Shown: positions 41,101 to 56,296, numbered from the stretch's first letter. The stretch is DNA of 64,000 nt from Lobosporangium transversale (GCF_002105155.1 NW_019028980.1:558001-622000), one strand, 5' to 3'. The notes: generated by a model not told the origin, from the sequence alone. A program made the numbers and translations.

Positions 41101-44100
41101 TATGGATTTCGTGCAAAATGGTCCGAAGGATGTAGCGTGGGGGCAATGAAAAACTGTGTGAATATGAAATAAAGGTATTTTATCTATTGGAAGCGCATAT
41201 GTTTTTGAATGTAAAGTATGAACTGTGCTGGGTGTTTACAAGCTTAAAAAAAAAAAAAGAGAGCAAGAAACATTCACAGAGAAAGATCTTTTTTCTTTTG
41301 AATAAAGGGTGAAAGAGAAGGAAAGGGAGGGAAAAGAAGGAGGAAAAGCCAAACAAGCACATTCATTTATAAAAGATTGCTTGGTCTAAAAAAAAGTTTT
41401 GACGGTGAAGGTGAAGGGGAATGATGTTGCAATAATAGAAGTCAAGTGTTACAATAATGAATACAGCTTTACATTCAATGACTGAGTGAAATATCAATAT
41501 CTGAACAAATCAATAAAAAAGAATAAAGCATTATAAGCACTATATATATACATATTATACACGCACTTACAAATAATACTCATAATATATACAATATATA
41601 TATCTGTAAATATAAATATATGTATATTATATATATTATATATATATAACATCTGTATATTTTATGTTGAATATGGCATGGCTTCATTCAATAGATATTG
41701 AATCAGTCTGAAAAGCATTACAGTCGACAATCAACAATTGAGCAAGTCAGTCAAAAATAATAAAGACTGGTAGTCAAACTGACTATGAATACAGGGGGGA
41801 CAATTGGATCTCCAAGAGTGAATAATATTGAGTCAATGGTACATATTCACATATACACATCTCAAATAAAGGAATGATTGAATGATTGAATAAATCAATG
41901 GACCCGCAGTTTTGCTGTATTATCTACATTTTATATTCCTCCTTCCCTACACAGTTACTGCATTTGGTATACAAAATAGCTTTTCCCCCCCCTCCCTGCC
42001 TTCGTTTCGAGTATGTCATAGCCAACGACCCACAGGCAAGTCTTTCAACCTCCCGCCTATTTACGCACTTGATGGTGTTTTGCAATAGCTGAACTGAAAA
42101 GACATTCCAGCTATGAACAGCTTTCTTCTGTTCATAAAGCCTTGGGATTTCTCCAATCTCCATTCCAGGTTGACTAACTGACTATGGCTTATAGAGCTAT
42201 ATTGTAACAGTATGCAATAAACCATTTGAGACAGGTGGATAGAAAATTACGGATTGACCAGGAGCATTTAACTTCATTTTTGGTCGATCATATTAGGGCT
42301 GTAGCTCCATATTGCCCATGTCGTTTGGTCATAAAACTATAACTTTTCTAATAATCATTGCAGACTTTTAACCATGATACTAATTGGCTGTCAATATATT
42401 CAAAAAAAAAAATATATAATAATAATAATAATAAATAAACTCCACTTTTGACCAAATGAATCGGCTATATATAAAACTTTATAACAGGATACCCAGCCAT
42501 CGCATCCCTGGGTCTTAATTTCTCAGGGATCAGAATGTAGCCGAGCTGGTAATAGAATCGATGGCCATAAAAAAAAAAAAAAAAAAAAAAAATACATTTC
42601 ACCACGAATTAGAACAAAGAGGAACAAGGACACTATAACTAAAACCTGTTGACTTCCATGACATCTTTTAACTCGTCTAAAAATGTTATTCATAGCTTCA
42701 ATAGCATAAGAGAACTATCTACCCTCTTAATGATTGAACACAGCCTTGCTCGCACCTTCATTACGACTTGACGTCTATTGCTGGGTTGAAACACAACCAG
42801 CTGATCAAATTTAATTCATGACCAAGAAAACAGCATTCGCGGCTCTCTTTGGGTGTTCATATATATATATAAAACATGCTTGGAGTGTTCTTCATCTGTC
42901 ATGTTTACTGTTTATCTGCACATTCGCAAAGGTACATGTTTTTACACGTTCGATCACCCTTTTGAGAAATGAAAGTTGGGGGGGGCAGAACCGGTTATTG
43001 TCATTAGAGCACTTGGCATCTTCCTCAGAATGCCTCAATAGCACTTATAGATTTGACATCAAACGAAGAAAAAGAGCCAAATGTAAATTCTCTTCAAAAA
43101 TGAAAATGTGTTTTTGGTACCATAGACATCGCTCACAAAAGTTGACTTTGATAATGCCTAACTGGGTTCGTCTGTCAAAAGAAAAAAGAATGATAAAAAG
43201 AAACCGCGCAATTTCTCTGTGCAATCATCATGCAAATCAACAGGTCTGGCCTATTGATTGACGAAACTCTGTTTCCTTGTATTACAGCCACTCTATTCAC
43301 AGTCTAATTACTGTTACTGATGTTCTTGCAGTTAATGTTGATGCTTTCTTTTTGAGGCTACAAAGCAAAACTGTCTTAAGAGAAAAAAATAAAAAAAAAA
43401 GGGTGTGTGTAACGATCGGGACATCGGTTGAATAACTGTCCATCGATCGTTTTCGAAGCAGTGTTCTGGTGGCAAAGGGGCATCACACATTCCACATTCC
43501 TTATCCATCTTTCATGCCTATCTGTGCCGCAAAAACATTTTTTATATCCAAAGCACGTATAATCGACAAAACCCTTAAAAAGTATACACAAGATTATAAG
43601 AATGAAGGTATATAGTCTGGGTTTTGAAAGTATTTTTTTTTTTTTATGGATTTTGGGTTATGCTGGGGCATGTTAACTTTGAACCGGCAATATTATCCGG
43701 GATCAGCTGGCACGTTCATTTCATTTTAAAATCAATAATGCCTAATGTATTTATACCTTTGATCTACTTCCGTTATTTGTTTTATGATCAAATTGGCTCT
43801 TGATCGCATGGCTGTTGTCATTTTTTTTCTTTTTCCCATGCTATCACTTAAATGAAGTGAAGCAAAATCGATCATGGTATATATATATATATATACATAC
43901 CCTTTTCTAATATTTAGAAAATGATATTAAAATGAGTCGGAGAGGAATCAGTTTGTTTATAGTCTTTTTTTTTTTTTTTTTTTTTTTTGCGTGTATACAT
44001 GTGTCATCAAACAACAACTGAAAAGATAAAAATAAACCCCTGGATTTTGTTACTGTTGAAAGCTGGTGCTTGGTGCGACCATAAAAAAAAAAAAAAAGAC

Positions 44101-46509
44101 CATGGGACGTGTATTTTGTTTCTTGAGTGCTCTCAGTTGTCTCTCCGTCTCTATTTCCTCACTCACCTCACTCAACGACTTGTTCCTCGCTACTCCTCCT
44201 GCTTTCGTTACTTTGTTATTTTTGTCGTTGTTGTTTGCCTTGTACGACACGACACTCTCCGATTACAGCTCTTTGGTGGAAATTCGGGGAAGAGAATACG
44301 AGGAGAGAGGAAAGGAGAAGAGAGGGGAGGAAGAGGAAGGAGGAAAATATTATAACTGTCTTATGCAACTTTACATCAAAACAATAGTCAATAGATGAGG
44401 TCTATGATAAAGAAAAGGTGATTTTTTACTTTGATGCTGCACACACAGACACACGCCCGCACGCACATTAGTGAGCAAGATTATGATACCAAATCAACGA
44501 CAAAGAGGAAAAAAAAAGGATCGATCAATCAATCAAATGAACGGTGAGCATATAAACGGCGTGAAGAGGAAGATGGCGAATATGGGAACGGTATTTAGAC
44601 AATGCAGCCAAAGATCCTTTGCCTTATTTTTTTTTTTTTTTTTTTTTTTTTTTGACCATGTGGTGAAAAATGCAACAACATTACAAAACTAAAATAAAAA
44701 TGTTTTGGTAATTAAGCTAAAAAAAAAAAAAAAAAAAAAAAAACTTTTATTTTTTTCTACATTGCATTGCTGAAAACCGCGTGTGCTTTGGAGTGGCATG
44801 GTCCTTCCTCTCCTTTGCTCCTTTCTCCTTCTTCTTTTCCTCCTTTCAACATTTGATGTTAATACTGCTGATGAAGACGATATCTACACTCCCTGGACTA
44901 TGTTTACAGTAAACTAATTCTAACATGCAAAAAGAAAAACCCACAAACCCAATGCTCTCATGCAAGGCTTGCAACTAAAAGAATAAAATAAAATTATCTA
45001 ATGTAATAAATATAATTTTATAATAGGATCATAAGAAGTTCAAGTCTATTGGAGCCAATTAGTTTACTTGTTTCAAGCACCACGAGTCGGAATCAGCCAC
45101 CAGTTCAATTCTATTTTTTGGCACATGTATTAATTCCGTGTTCGGTATTCAACTTAAAATAGGCTCGTCCTCTTGAAAGCCTTTGAGTGGCAGGAAAGGA
45201 AGATAACCAACTCTTTTTTTTTAGACCCCATGTCATTCCCGGCAACGTGATTACAAATACATTTCGATCATACGAACTTAATCGTCTTTGTTCATTCCTT
45301 TTTACTTTTTATTATTATTTCTTCATACTCCCTAGCCACATGTATTATGCAACTAATCCAAGCTCAAATCTTCTGAGAAAAAAAAAAAAAGAGCAAGAGA
45401 GAGCATAGTCTTCATTGTTGTATGATATGTGCAAACTATATTTATACATACATATATATATACTTGGTGTTTTTGGAATCCCAAATGAAAGAAGGTCAGA
45501 AAGGAAGCACATACATGTATATATATATATATATAATACAGTAGATTAGAGCAACTGTGGGTGAAACGAAGAAAGACCATCAGCAGGTGGACCCAATGGA
45601 AGATGAGCATGGAACATGAGCACAGGACATGGCCATGGGACATGTCGTAAAATTATCAGCCTCTGTTTTCTTTTTAGCTGTATTAATGCTCCGAAGTTTG
45701 CATCCTTGACAGATGGACAAATGCAAGGTCATTGTCAGCTGGACTTACACTCGATGTTGTTGTTTACACTCACACTTTTTATTTTCCTCCATGTCTGCAA
45801 AAAATAGATCTCATTTATTACAACCAACCGGTCGGATGGTAGTCCGAATTATTGATGTAAAATGCAAAGCTAAAGAAGTGACAGGCTAGCTATCTTGCAG
45901 GTGTACATGTACCTGATCCATTCTGTATTCCGCTCCAGCATTAACTTTGATTTACTTTAATCCATTATTATAGCATGTATATAGTTGCCCTATCAAAGTT
46001 TTTTTTTTTTTTTTTTTTTTACAATGCGATATGAAGATATGAACATGAGTTATTCTCCCACGTTGAACTGAAGTGAGGTTTTGGAGAGGATAAAGCAATC
46101 CATATTCTTGTGAGTAGTTTGATTAAGGTTCGTATCTATTGGTGACTGATTTATTCCAAGATATTGGAGCAAAGAGTTTGGATGACTATCTTCAGTGTTA
46201 TCGTCTTTATCAGCTATTGTTATTATACACATTTTTACACGAGCCGTAGTGTTTATATCAAATTAATGTAACACGTTGGGTTTAAATAGGCGTGTTTTTT
46301 CTTATCGTTATATCATTAAAAAGGACAACAACCGTAATAACGATGCTAGCGGCAACCATGATGACGGCGATGGGGATCATAGCTGTTGAGCAGTGTTCGA
46401 GGTAATCCGAGTCTTGACGGAATGTTTAAATGGAGCTTTACATGTATCCCTGATGTAATCCTCCTCATGGGATGAGGTATTGCTGTTTGTATTGATCCAT
46501 CTTGTTTCA

Positions 46510-46540
<31 letters not shown>

Positions 46541-49496
46541 TGTTTCAATATAATACACAATATTAAGCTTTCAAAGACTCCTTCACATCAAACTTTTATT
46601 TTGGCCATTTATTATTTTTACTAGGTTCAATGACGCGCAAGAAAAAAAAGAAAGAAAGAAATGAAATAAAACACACTGGAACTGAGCCGATTCATCCTCA
46701 ATCAAATAATAATGCATAATGCGCGATGCATCAGGCAGTATATATTTTATTTCAAAAGCACATGCAGACAATTTTCATTGAACCTTAGAAAACTACGCGC
46801 TGCATCGTTGTCAACACAAAGGTGATTGATTATAGAAAACATATTTTTCCTTCTAATCCTTATAAAGTTTGATAAGTCATTGGCCTCGATTCGCATAAAT
46901 GTTATTTGCAATCGAAGAGTAAACATCAAAAGAAGGAGAGAGAAAAGGAAATGGAACACAGTACACAAAGATTAATTGCAATGGATCTGACAGGTTCTTT
47001 TTAAAAATAGATGCACCAAAATAGCATTTTTAAGCTAAACGCCACAAACCATATTGTCGGGTCGTCCACAGAGGAACATGGCGTTTTTACATGCTAACCC
47101 TTTTTTAGCTCAGCCCTACATCTTGTCCTTCTTTGCTTTGTGAGAAGATCATATCGATATCCATTATTAGGTTACTCATCATACTTGTTTTTTTTTTTTT
47201 TTTTTTTTTTTCTATTTTTTCAGTTTCTTACATCTTCCCTCTCCCTATTGCCTAATCACATCAGTGGCATGGTATATTCAGATGGGCAGATGGGCAGATG
47301 AGTATAGTCATCTAGTTAATACGCTGTAACAAAGCTTTAATGAATATAATACTATACCTATTGTAGTATTTAATGGAATGTATTTCCGTTTTTTTTATAT
47401 CTCCTCTGTATTCCACGAAACGATATTTAGTAATGTGGAGTAACTAAAGTCGCAAAAAGAGAGAGCACGCGTGGAGCATCATATACAAGGGAGAATCAAT
47501 CCACCATAAAGCTTAAAAAAAAAGGTTATTTTTTCTTGACGCGTCCTTGTAATTCAAACTGCTCTTACTTTTTATCCATCCCGTAATACCCTTATAGACT
47601 TTCATTTTCTCCAAACTAAAACGCGTCCAATTGTCGTCTGACCAAGGGAGGCTCCCCAAGGTGTTATATATTTATTTACACTCTTAAAGATTTGCGCCCA
47701 CAGGATGAAAACCCCTGCAAAGCCGTGCTATTGACATTAACTAATCTCAGTAACGCTAGCCAGCTTGTGTCGGAAACAATCAAACAACCATAGTTTTCTT
47801 GATGAAAGTAGATTTGAGTTTGATCTTTCCCGCAGCGCTCTCAGATGCACTCTCTCAGTTTATAATATTTATGAGTGAGAGCGAAATGGAAAGAACTATG
47901 GAATAGGGGGGGGGGGGTGGAGTGAAAAAGATCAGGCAAATACACACATACAGGAATAGAAAACAGAAATATATTCGTGCAACAGCCTCCTAACAAGACA
48001 GGGCATGAGCAAGGGATGGTAAAGCGAAAGAGTCTCGTTGTGTAACATGCGTTAGTTCTTGAATAAGGCTCACTGGTCGTCTTTCTCTATTTTCTTTTTG
48101 ACCCCTGGGAAATAAAAAAGAAAGAAAAATAAAAACAATAAACATCAGAACGATGACAAAAAAAAAAAAAGTAGAAGAGATCTATTAATAATGAACCAAA
48201 TGCTACGCGTATTTCAGTTCCCGCATGGTCCCTTAATCATTCATTATAAACGACGCTTTAACATCTTTTTTTTTTTTTTTAAACATGTGCGCCTGCTTCC
48301 TCTCCTGGAAATAGAGCGCAGCATTACGCCGTTGAGCACTTTCACTGTTACATTTAATTTCACACATTCTTTATTTTTATTTTTATTTATTGTTTAAAAA
48401 ATACAAATTGAAAGAAGAAAGAGAGCGTCCAGCAATCAAGTGAGGAAAAGGGGGATGGAAAAAGTTAATATTTATTGGACGTAATCAAGGTACATGTATC
48501 TATTTTATTCACAACATGCAGGCGTGAGTGTGGCGAAGACCTTCTTTAAAAAACACATGTTGGAATTTATACCAAGTCTGGGCTCCTCCCCCCAAAAGGG
48601 GCATCAGTTATAGACACATTATTAAATAAATAAATAAAAAAGATGCAGGGTGCTTGTAAAACCCCAATCTAATCCATAGAAAGTCTTTTTAGGCATGTAC
48701 TATACAAAATTGGATTACCTGGCCCGGTTCCTAACGCTTCTATGTGAACAAATAACTCTTTATTTTTACATTAATTAAAGTCTGCCAAACAAGATCAAGC
48801 CAAAAATACGAAATATTCATCTCGAAACACTGATGTGTATTGGGAAAATCACCGGACAAACAGCCTAGAATATATTGTGTTGATGCCACGGCAATAAGTA
48901 CGTTATTATGCATATTTATTGTTTACAGACTGCAAAGGGAAAAAAGGAGGGTACAGAGATGATTAGTCTATGAGCCTTTGGATCCAAAAGAAATGTCGAT
49001 CCATCCTTCCTCCCCCCCTTATTGGCTGCTTGATAATGGTAAGTATATATATAAGTAAGAAAGAAGAGGTTGATGTTGTTGTTAACTTTATTGTATGTTA
49101 TATATTGTATTGGCGATGAATCTCATACTATCCCGCGGGGCCAAGGTGTATAAGAAACAGGTTCTTTTTCCATGAATACAACTCCATGAGCTATACCAAA
49201 AAATAAAAGGGTTGGACACAAAGCCTAATGTCTATTTATTGTAAACAAACAAGATGAGAAGTAAAAAACGGGAGGCAAGATCTCGCACGTTATCACACAT
49301 TCTCTCTCCCTCTTTTTTTTTTTTTTTTTTTTTTGGTCGTCCGTTTGCCCATCCTTTTCTTCATGTTCATGTACTCCTTTTTTTTTATAAACACTCACTT
49401 CGCTGTGTTGCTATCAACATTTAGACTTGATTTGATTTGATCTGACATAATGTGATCAGCCCAATTCAATAATAATAATAATCAATTATCCGTCCC

Positions 49497-49530
<34 letters not shown>

Positions 49531-51593
49531 GTAACGATTTCGGGAAGTAGTTAGACTAGGAGATAGGAGAAAAGAACGAAGGACAGAGGTCCCAACAATT
49601 CGGTATTCTATTCATTAAGTAGTCTAGTGTTATAAATGTACATATTCAAATCTTATACTACCGATGAACCTTTTTCTTTTGCTTCCAATGAGTAGGGATG
49701 ACAGAGAACTACGATGTGGTCATTGTAAACTCTCTTTTGATGGCTTTTTTTGTTCCTACCCTCGCTAAAATGAATCTTTTATTTTGTAATTGACAACCGG
49801 ATGTGGAAGATGTCCTCTTGCTGCTTTTGAACATACTCTATTGTGATGATACCAAGGCCGAGAAAATAAACACAAGCTGGACGCCTCTCCTTGGAAATAT
49901 CATATTTGGCGCGAGTAATAGTCAAGAAAGGCTAGGGGTTCATTCTTATTCTTGTTTCTTCAAACAATTCAGCACACCGACAGTCGAAATTGGAAAATTG
50001 AGCAATAGAAATGTAATTAACATCATATAAATATCGACAAACGAAATAAAAAAATAATAAATAAATGACATTTTCCCTACTCAAATCGCATTTGGCTTCA
50101 CTCATCTCCATAGAACTTTTTTGCACATGTATGCCTCCGTCCACGGGGCTTCAGACACTTGTTTTGGACTGAAATGCCTGTATTGTCTTTGAAACCACCA
50201 GATCTTTCCCCCTTTTTTAAAAGGATGAGGAGAAATGCAGTTATAACTTGCAGGTTACACCATAGTTGAGGGGCACGATGTTACCCTTAAGATGATGACG
50301 AAACAAAAAGCAAAAATGTGAGTGTGTGATTGCGTGTTTATGCAAGTGTAACAGAGTGGACTTGTATGCTAAATGTGTATGAAGCTTTTTTTAGTGCTCA
50401 TCACCATCCTCCCAGTCATCTTATTTCTCTGTCTCTTTTCAATATTGCGATCTTTATTTCGCGGAACAAGTAATCGGTAAATGATCCTGCTCATCTCTGC
50501 ATCTTCGTCAGATATTATACCCCTGCTTTTCTTTGCTACCTCCCCCCGCAGCAACAGCAGCAGCAGCAGCACTCAAAAAGATCTGTCGTGACCCATGATT
50601 TGCAAGCAGGACGACTTGATGTAATCAAGCATCTTCAAGCTTTTTCTTTCTTTTTGTTCTGATCTCGACATGCCGATGAAGACAGTATTTAGTAGAAATT
50701 TTGCAGGAAGGCCATTGATTATTGGTAGCCTGCATCTATTGAAGACTCTATAGACTTGTGTGTCTTCTCAAGAAGCCGAACATTCGCTGTATAGAGATCA
50801 TGCGAAGTTCCTAGGAAGACTTGTCTCTTCCAACCAGTCCAGTCTAGGCTAGCTTGGCTCAGCAATGTCTCGTTGATAATGCGTTTGTGCTGCGTTGCAC
50901 ACTGCACGTTTTCACATCGTTTATTTGCTATCCGTGGAGGCCTACCATGGACAATATCCAGCACAATGCGCGTCGATACCTGGGGATATACAACCAACTG
51001 GGAGTGCAAATCTCTCTCTCTCTTTTTTTTTTTTTTTTGTTCTTTTTTCTCTCGACAAGACAGGAGGGACGAGTCAGCTCAGCATATTTGCATCCGAACG
51101 GGATAGTTTGACATTTTTTTGTCTACTTGGGTCGCTTCTTTTCTGCTCTGCTAGATTGGGACTTGACGATCGTACTCTTGCTATGCTCGTTCTCGCTCGT
51201 TTTCTTTCTCTTTTTCTCTATCTATCTCTCTCTCGCGTGCTCTTTCACTTCACGCTCGCATTTCTTATATATATATATATATATATCCTACGCCGCTCAA
51301 TGCTTGCTTCTGATGCTGACCCCACTGCTCACCGCCCAAACCCTTGCTTCCCCGTTCTCCCATCTCTTGTCCTTTTCAATGACCATATTTGATCATCTAG
51401 CACTTATCCGCTCCGTCCAAAAATCCGTCTTTCAAGCACTCTTTCTCCTCTTATCTTCCCAAGCTTTCCAGCATTAACCAACCAAAAAAAACCTAAATCC
51501 CTAGTGCTTGCCCATCCTTCCCTCCAGTCGCTCGACTCCGTCTATTATCTTTTTTCCTAATACTGTCTAAACAAACAAAAAACATAAATAACC

Positions 51594-53060
51594 ATGTCTG
51601 ATACTGAAAAAAACATTTCTGAGGATCGCGAGAAGAAGAGATCTCTGCCCGCTGACGATTCTGACGAGCACGACTCTGATTCTGAAGATCGTCGCCACAA
51701 ACGTGCAGCTGTTAATGACTCCAATTCTTCTTCTCCTCAGCGCCCTCAACATCGCCGTCGCAACTCTGATGATGCCTGTAAGCTCTCTTCACTTGGTCAT
51801 AATTCATTTTATTTTTTTACGACGTTTTTTTTTTCTTCTTCCTTTTTTGTACTTTGTGAATGCTTTAAGGCTACATATATTGAAATATGTTGTATTTCCT
51901 TTTTTCTCATATTACCTTCATCAACCAATGTAGCAAGAAAGGAGGCTGCTGAAGGTGATATTCCTCCTACCACTGCTTTGAGATCGATTGTCTCTACCAA
52001 AGATGCAGGTGTGATCATTGGCAAGTCTGGTAAAAATGTCAGTGAGATTCGTGAACAGTCTGGCGCCAAGGTCACCATTTCGGAAATGGTCCCTGGTGCA
52101 TATGAACGTATCTTGACAGTCTCTGGTCCTTTGGACACTGTCGCCAAGGTGAGTTACTCTAAATATAATGCCTTTACCATATACAACACAATGTTACGAT
52201 TGGGTGATGCTCATACTAATGTACGCGATACTTTTTTTTTTTTTTTTGTTTATTTCTTGTCTCGATTTCATTAGGCTTATTCCTTGGTTGCTCAAAAGAT
52301 TATTGCAGAGCACATTGAACCCGATGCTGCGCCTGACACCGAGTCGACAGCAATCCGCCTTTTGGTTGCACACCATCGTATGGGATCAGTTATTGGCAAG
52401 GGTGGCGCAAAGATTAAGGAAATCCAAGATGCATCTGGCGCCCGTTTGGTAGCATCAGAAGAAATCTTGCCCGCTTCTACAGAGCGCACAATCACCATCA
52501 CTGGCGTTCCAGATGCTATCCACATTGCAGTCTATCACGTTGGGGTTGTTTTACAAGAACACAGTGAACGCGATCGCACCGTGAGCGTGATCCCCTATAG
52601 ACCTATGGGCCGTAGTGCCTATCCCGGCCCTCCTGCAGGTGGCATGGGAGGATATCCTCCTCACCACAGCTCATCGTCGCATCATCACCAGCAGCCTTAT
52701 TACGGAGGATATCCATCGCATGGTGGTATGGGCTATGGACAGGATTACCTCCCACCCTCGCGCGGAGGTAGCCATGGTGGCTATAGTCATGGTGGAGCTT
52801 CTGCAGGAGGCATAGGTGGACCAGGCTCAGTTGCTCAGCAAATCTTTATTCCAAATGATATGGTAGGCAGTGTCATTGGCAAAGGAGGCTCAAAGATTAA
52901 TGAGATTCGTCAAATGTCAGGATCACACATCAAGATTGCAGAACCCCAAAATAACGGAAGCAACGAACGCCTGGTTACCATCACTGGAACGCACGAATCG
53001 AACCAGATGGCAATCTATATGCTCTACCAGCGCTTGGAGAGCGAGAAGGCTAGGCAGTAA
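51594..53060 (+). CDS. triple-KH RNA-binding protein (Rnc1/Pbp2/PCBP-like), 3 exons
   Basis: Three KH domains with GxxG loops IIGKSGK, VIGKGGA and VIGKGGS; G/Y/P-rich linker; introns ~51778-51932 and 52149-52275. Confidence 0.93.
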
Positions 53061-53385
53061 AAATGTCGTAGGGGGATAGGGGAGCTTTTGCTTTTTTTCT
53101 CATTATTGCTTTTAAGGTATATATGAAGTGCAAGTATGAATAAAAGAGAGGGTTTTTTTTTATACTTTTTTCCATATGTTTGCTTGCATCCATTTTTGTA
53201 TATTACTGTGTTATTGCTCTCCTCAGAACGAGAGATTGAGAAAGCGCTCAAAAAAATAAAAAAAATTGTTTGGTTGCCCAAAAAATACTCTATAGCTTAT
53301 AATACTGTACACTTTGTTTAGGGTGGAGAAATATCTATGTCAATGGGTAATATGTCTGTCTATTGGCTGCTCTGCTCTGATATCG

Positions 53386-55499
53386 TTATGGAGTTTCACT
53401 TTCGTTGCCTGATTCCGAGGCAGGCTCAACATCGGAACTAGATGCAGAAAAATCCATTTCCTTCATCATTTGTCTCATATCGCGGACAATATCAGGTAAG
53501 GGTTTTGTCCGCGGTAAGATGAGGTCTGCCAGTCTCCTCCTGTATTCCTTCCCACGACGACCTCCATAGAGCATTTTAAGAGGAGCCATGACGACCGAAT
53601 TAGAATGAGGGGTACCACGTTCGTGTATTTTTAATACATATTCCAAAAACTCTTCGATGACCTCTTCTGTAGTCTTGATATTTTCGGGTGGAACGTTATG
53701 GTGTGCTGATAATAAATAATATTATTAATAAAAATAATAGGAAAATAGGGTTAGTGGGTGCAACACTTCTATTTCTTAGGAGTGAGAGTGAAAATAAAAC
53801 AAAGTGCCAAAAGCCCTCACCTGCATCCACCTTTGCAAGGAACATGGGTCTATCCATAACTAGTATTTACCAAAGATTATGTAAATTGTCGGGTTAGAAA
53901 AATCGGAAGATAGTCCTGACTGACTGTTTGATTGACTGTTTGATTGACTGCTTGATTGATCGATTAACCAACTTACCCTCACGTCCAATCATGATTCCAT
54001 CCACCAACTCTAATTGTTCTTTGATTTGTTGCGTTGTATTGAAGCCTCCATTAATAGTAATTGTAAGGTGGGGAAAATCTTTTGCTAGCTATGTAAAAAA
54101 AAGAAAAAAAAAAAAAAGAAAGGAAAAAAAAAAAAAAAAAAAAAAAAAAGTTAATGAATACTCCTGTTATATGTCGATAGATCTCATAACTTCATTTATA
54201 ATTATACGAATATATATTTGTAAGAGGATTTTTACCTGATAAACAGCTTCATACTTTAATGGTGGTATGCTCCGGTTCTGTTTTGGCGATAATCCTTTTA
54301 ACCAGCATTTCCGTGCATGAATAATAAAGTGATTGACAGGCGTTGTAGTCGATATCAACTTGATCTAGTAAAAAAAAAAAAAAAAAAAAAAGGTTGTCAC
54401 GATAATATTTAGTCAAAACCATATATAGCCATTACTACCAGATATATATATGTTCTTAAAGGCAAAAGGTCCTTGAAACGTACAAAATCATACAAATACT
54501 CGTATGAATCCAAATTGTCGACACCGATCCTGCACTTGACTGTGATAGGAATGGTTACTCCTACTTTACCCATTTCCTTGATAATATCAACCACAATCGA
54601 AGGAGTCTTCATAAGCACAGCTCCGAAAGCTCCTTTCTGTACTCGAGGACTTGGGCATCCAACTATGAATGAGCGAATGAACGAATTGAGAGCATTAGAG
54701 AGAAGAACAAAAAAATAAAAGAAAAAAAAAGGAAGAGGGAGAAAGAAAACGGCAAGGCCGGATCAAATTATTCAAAAGTATATTTGTAGAAAAATCGATG
54801 CACATTTATTTTTTCCAAGGGAATAATTACCGTTGAGGTTTATTTCTTTATATCCATTGTCCTGTACTAGTTTTGCAGCTTTAGCCATAGCCTCTGGATC
54901 TGAACCCCCCAATTGAACCACCTTACCCTCCCAGGGCTCTCCAAAGAAATTGTATAAATCTTTTGGATTGTAGATGAGGGCATTACAATGAATCATTTCT
55001 GAATAGAGTGTAAAGTTAGGTGATATTATTCTGCAGAGCTCGAGAAAGTGCTTTTATATATATATAAATAAAAAAGTAGTCAGGTTAGCAGAAGTTCTTC
55101 TCTTCTTTCCGGGACATCATTTCTATACACATAAATATTTACCGAGGTTGTCACATCAACCATGGGAGCAACCGCAATAGGGAGCTTAATCCTTCGAGGA
55201 TCTACAGAGCGCCCGGATGCAGTGCGAAGCCCTTCTGCTGCAACTGCTGATCCAAAGGATAAACTGGATAGTTGATCTATTACAGGCTGAATCTGTGCGC
55301 TTCTATAGCTATTGTCGCTATAACTGCTGTCCTTGCTGCTAAGTGCCACATGAATCTGTTCCTGTTCCTGTTCCTGTTCCTGTTGCTGAAGAAAAGATGT
55401 TTTGTTAATGAGGGTAATGTTGGACATCATTCGCATGAATGGCGTTGACTTATATGGAGACAGGCGCTGAACGTGTCGTAGTCTTTGCAGGATGAGCAT
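53386..55499 (-). CDS. dusA: bacterial-type tRNA-dihydrouridine synthase DusA, 7 exons
   Basis: [80 protein letters not shown] (DusA-typical), INGG and MIGRE. Confidence 0.88.
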
Positions 55500-56296
55500 A
55501 ACCACCCCTCTCTTTTGTCGCTGAAATGGTTCTGGCCAAAAAAAAAAAAAAAAAGTTTTGGAGTGGGCTGAGTTAGTGTCAATAGTGACTGCTAACCTTA
55601 ACTTATATATCCTTTATTCTCATTTAAAAAAGCAGGCCATATGAGAAGGATCGCCAAGTGGCAAAAGTTAAGACATGGTGCTACCACAATTAAATACTGT
55701 CCTTTATCCAGCATCAATCTTACCTATTTGCCCTTCTCATCGGAATATTTTGTGCAACGTATACAAGAAAATTGACTGGAGGGCAGATGATATAGAATGT
55801 AGACGCATAGTTGGACTATAACTAATCTTATTATCCTGATTGTTGATATGGGTATGCCGTAAGACGTAGCAAAGTTAAAGTTAGTTAACAAGAAAGCTGT
55901 TTTTAGGGAAATTAAGACACGTAAGTCTTTTTTTTTCCTGCGCTATTGATTTTGACTTTCTGGGAATAAGGGGGGAATGTATCTGTTAATATGAAATAGA
56001 GCGACCTCGCGCCCATCGATTCAACATCCGTCCAATGTAAAGCAATATCTAACTTTCCTCTAACCGACAGAGGCTCGAAATAAGGCAGTATATGGCGTGT
56101 GGGCATCCCAAAAATGTCGACATTTACTGCCTCAATTTGCATTCATCAGATAATGGCAAAGGATATGGATGTCCCTTAGACAGTATCTATAAAAGGTGGC
56201 CTTTTCCCCTCATTCCCCTGCATAACGATTCACAGCTTCAATTCACTTTACATAACACGTTCATACACGCGTAAAAACACATTGCTTTAAGATAAA

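Noticed and set aside
46359..46453. ATGATGA...CTGA as a C/D snoRNA
   Set aside because: Poor terminal stem and no rRNA complementarity that I could recognise.
39566..51477. Many short Phe/Lys-rich ORFs in the gene-free region
   Set aside because: Produced by homopolymer tracts; no domains or coherent exon chains.
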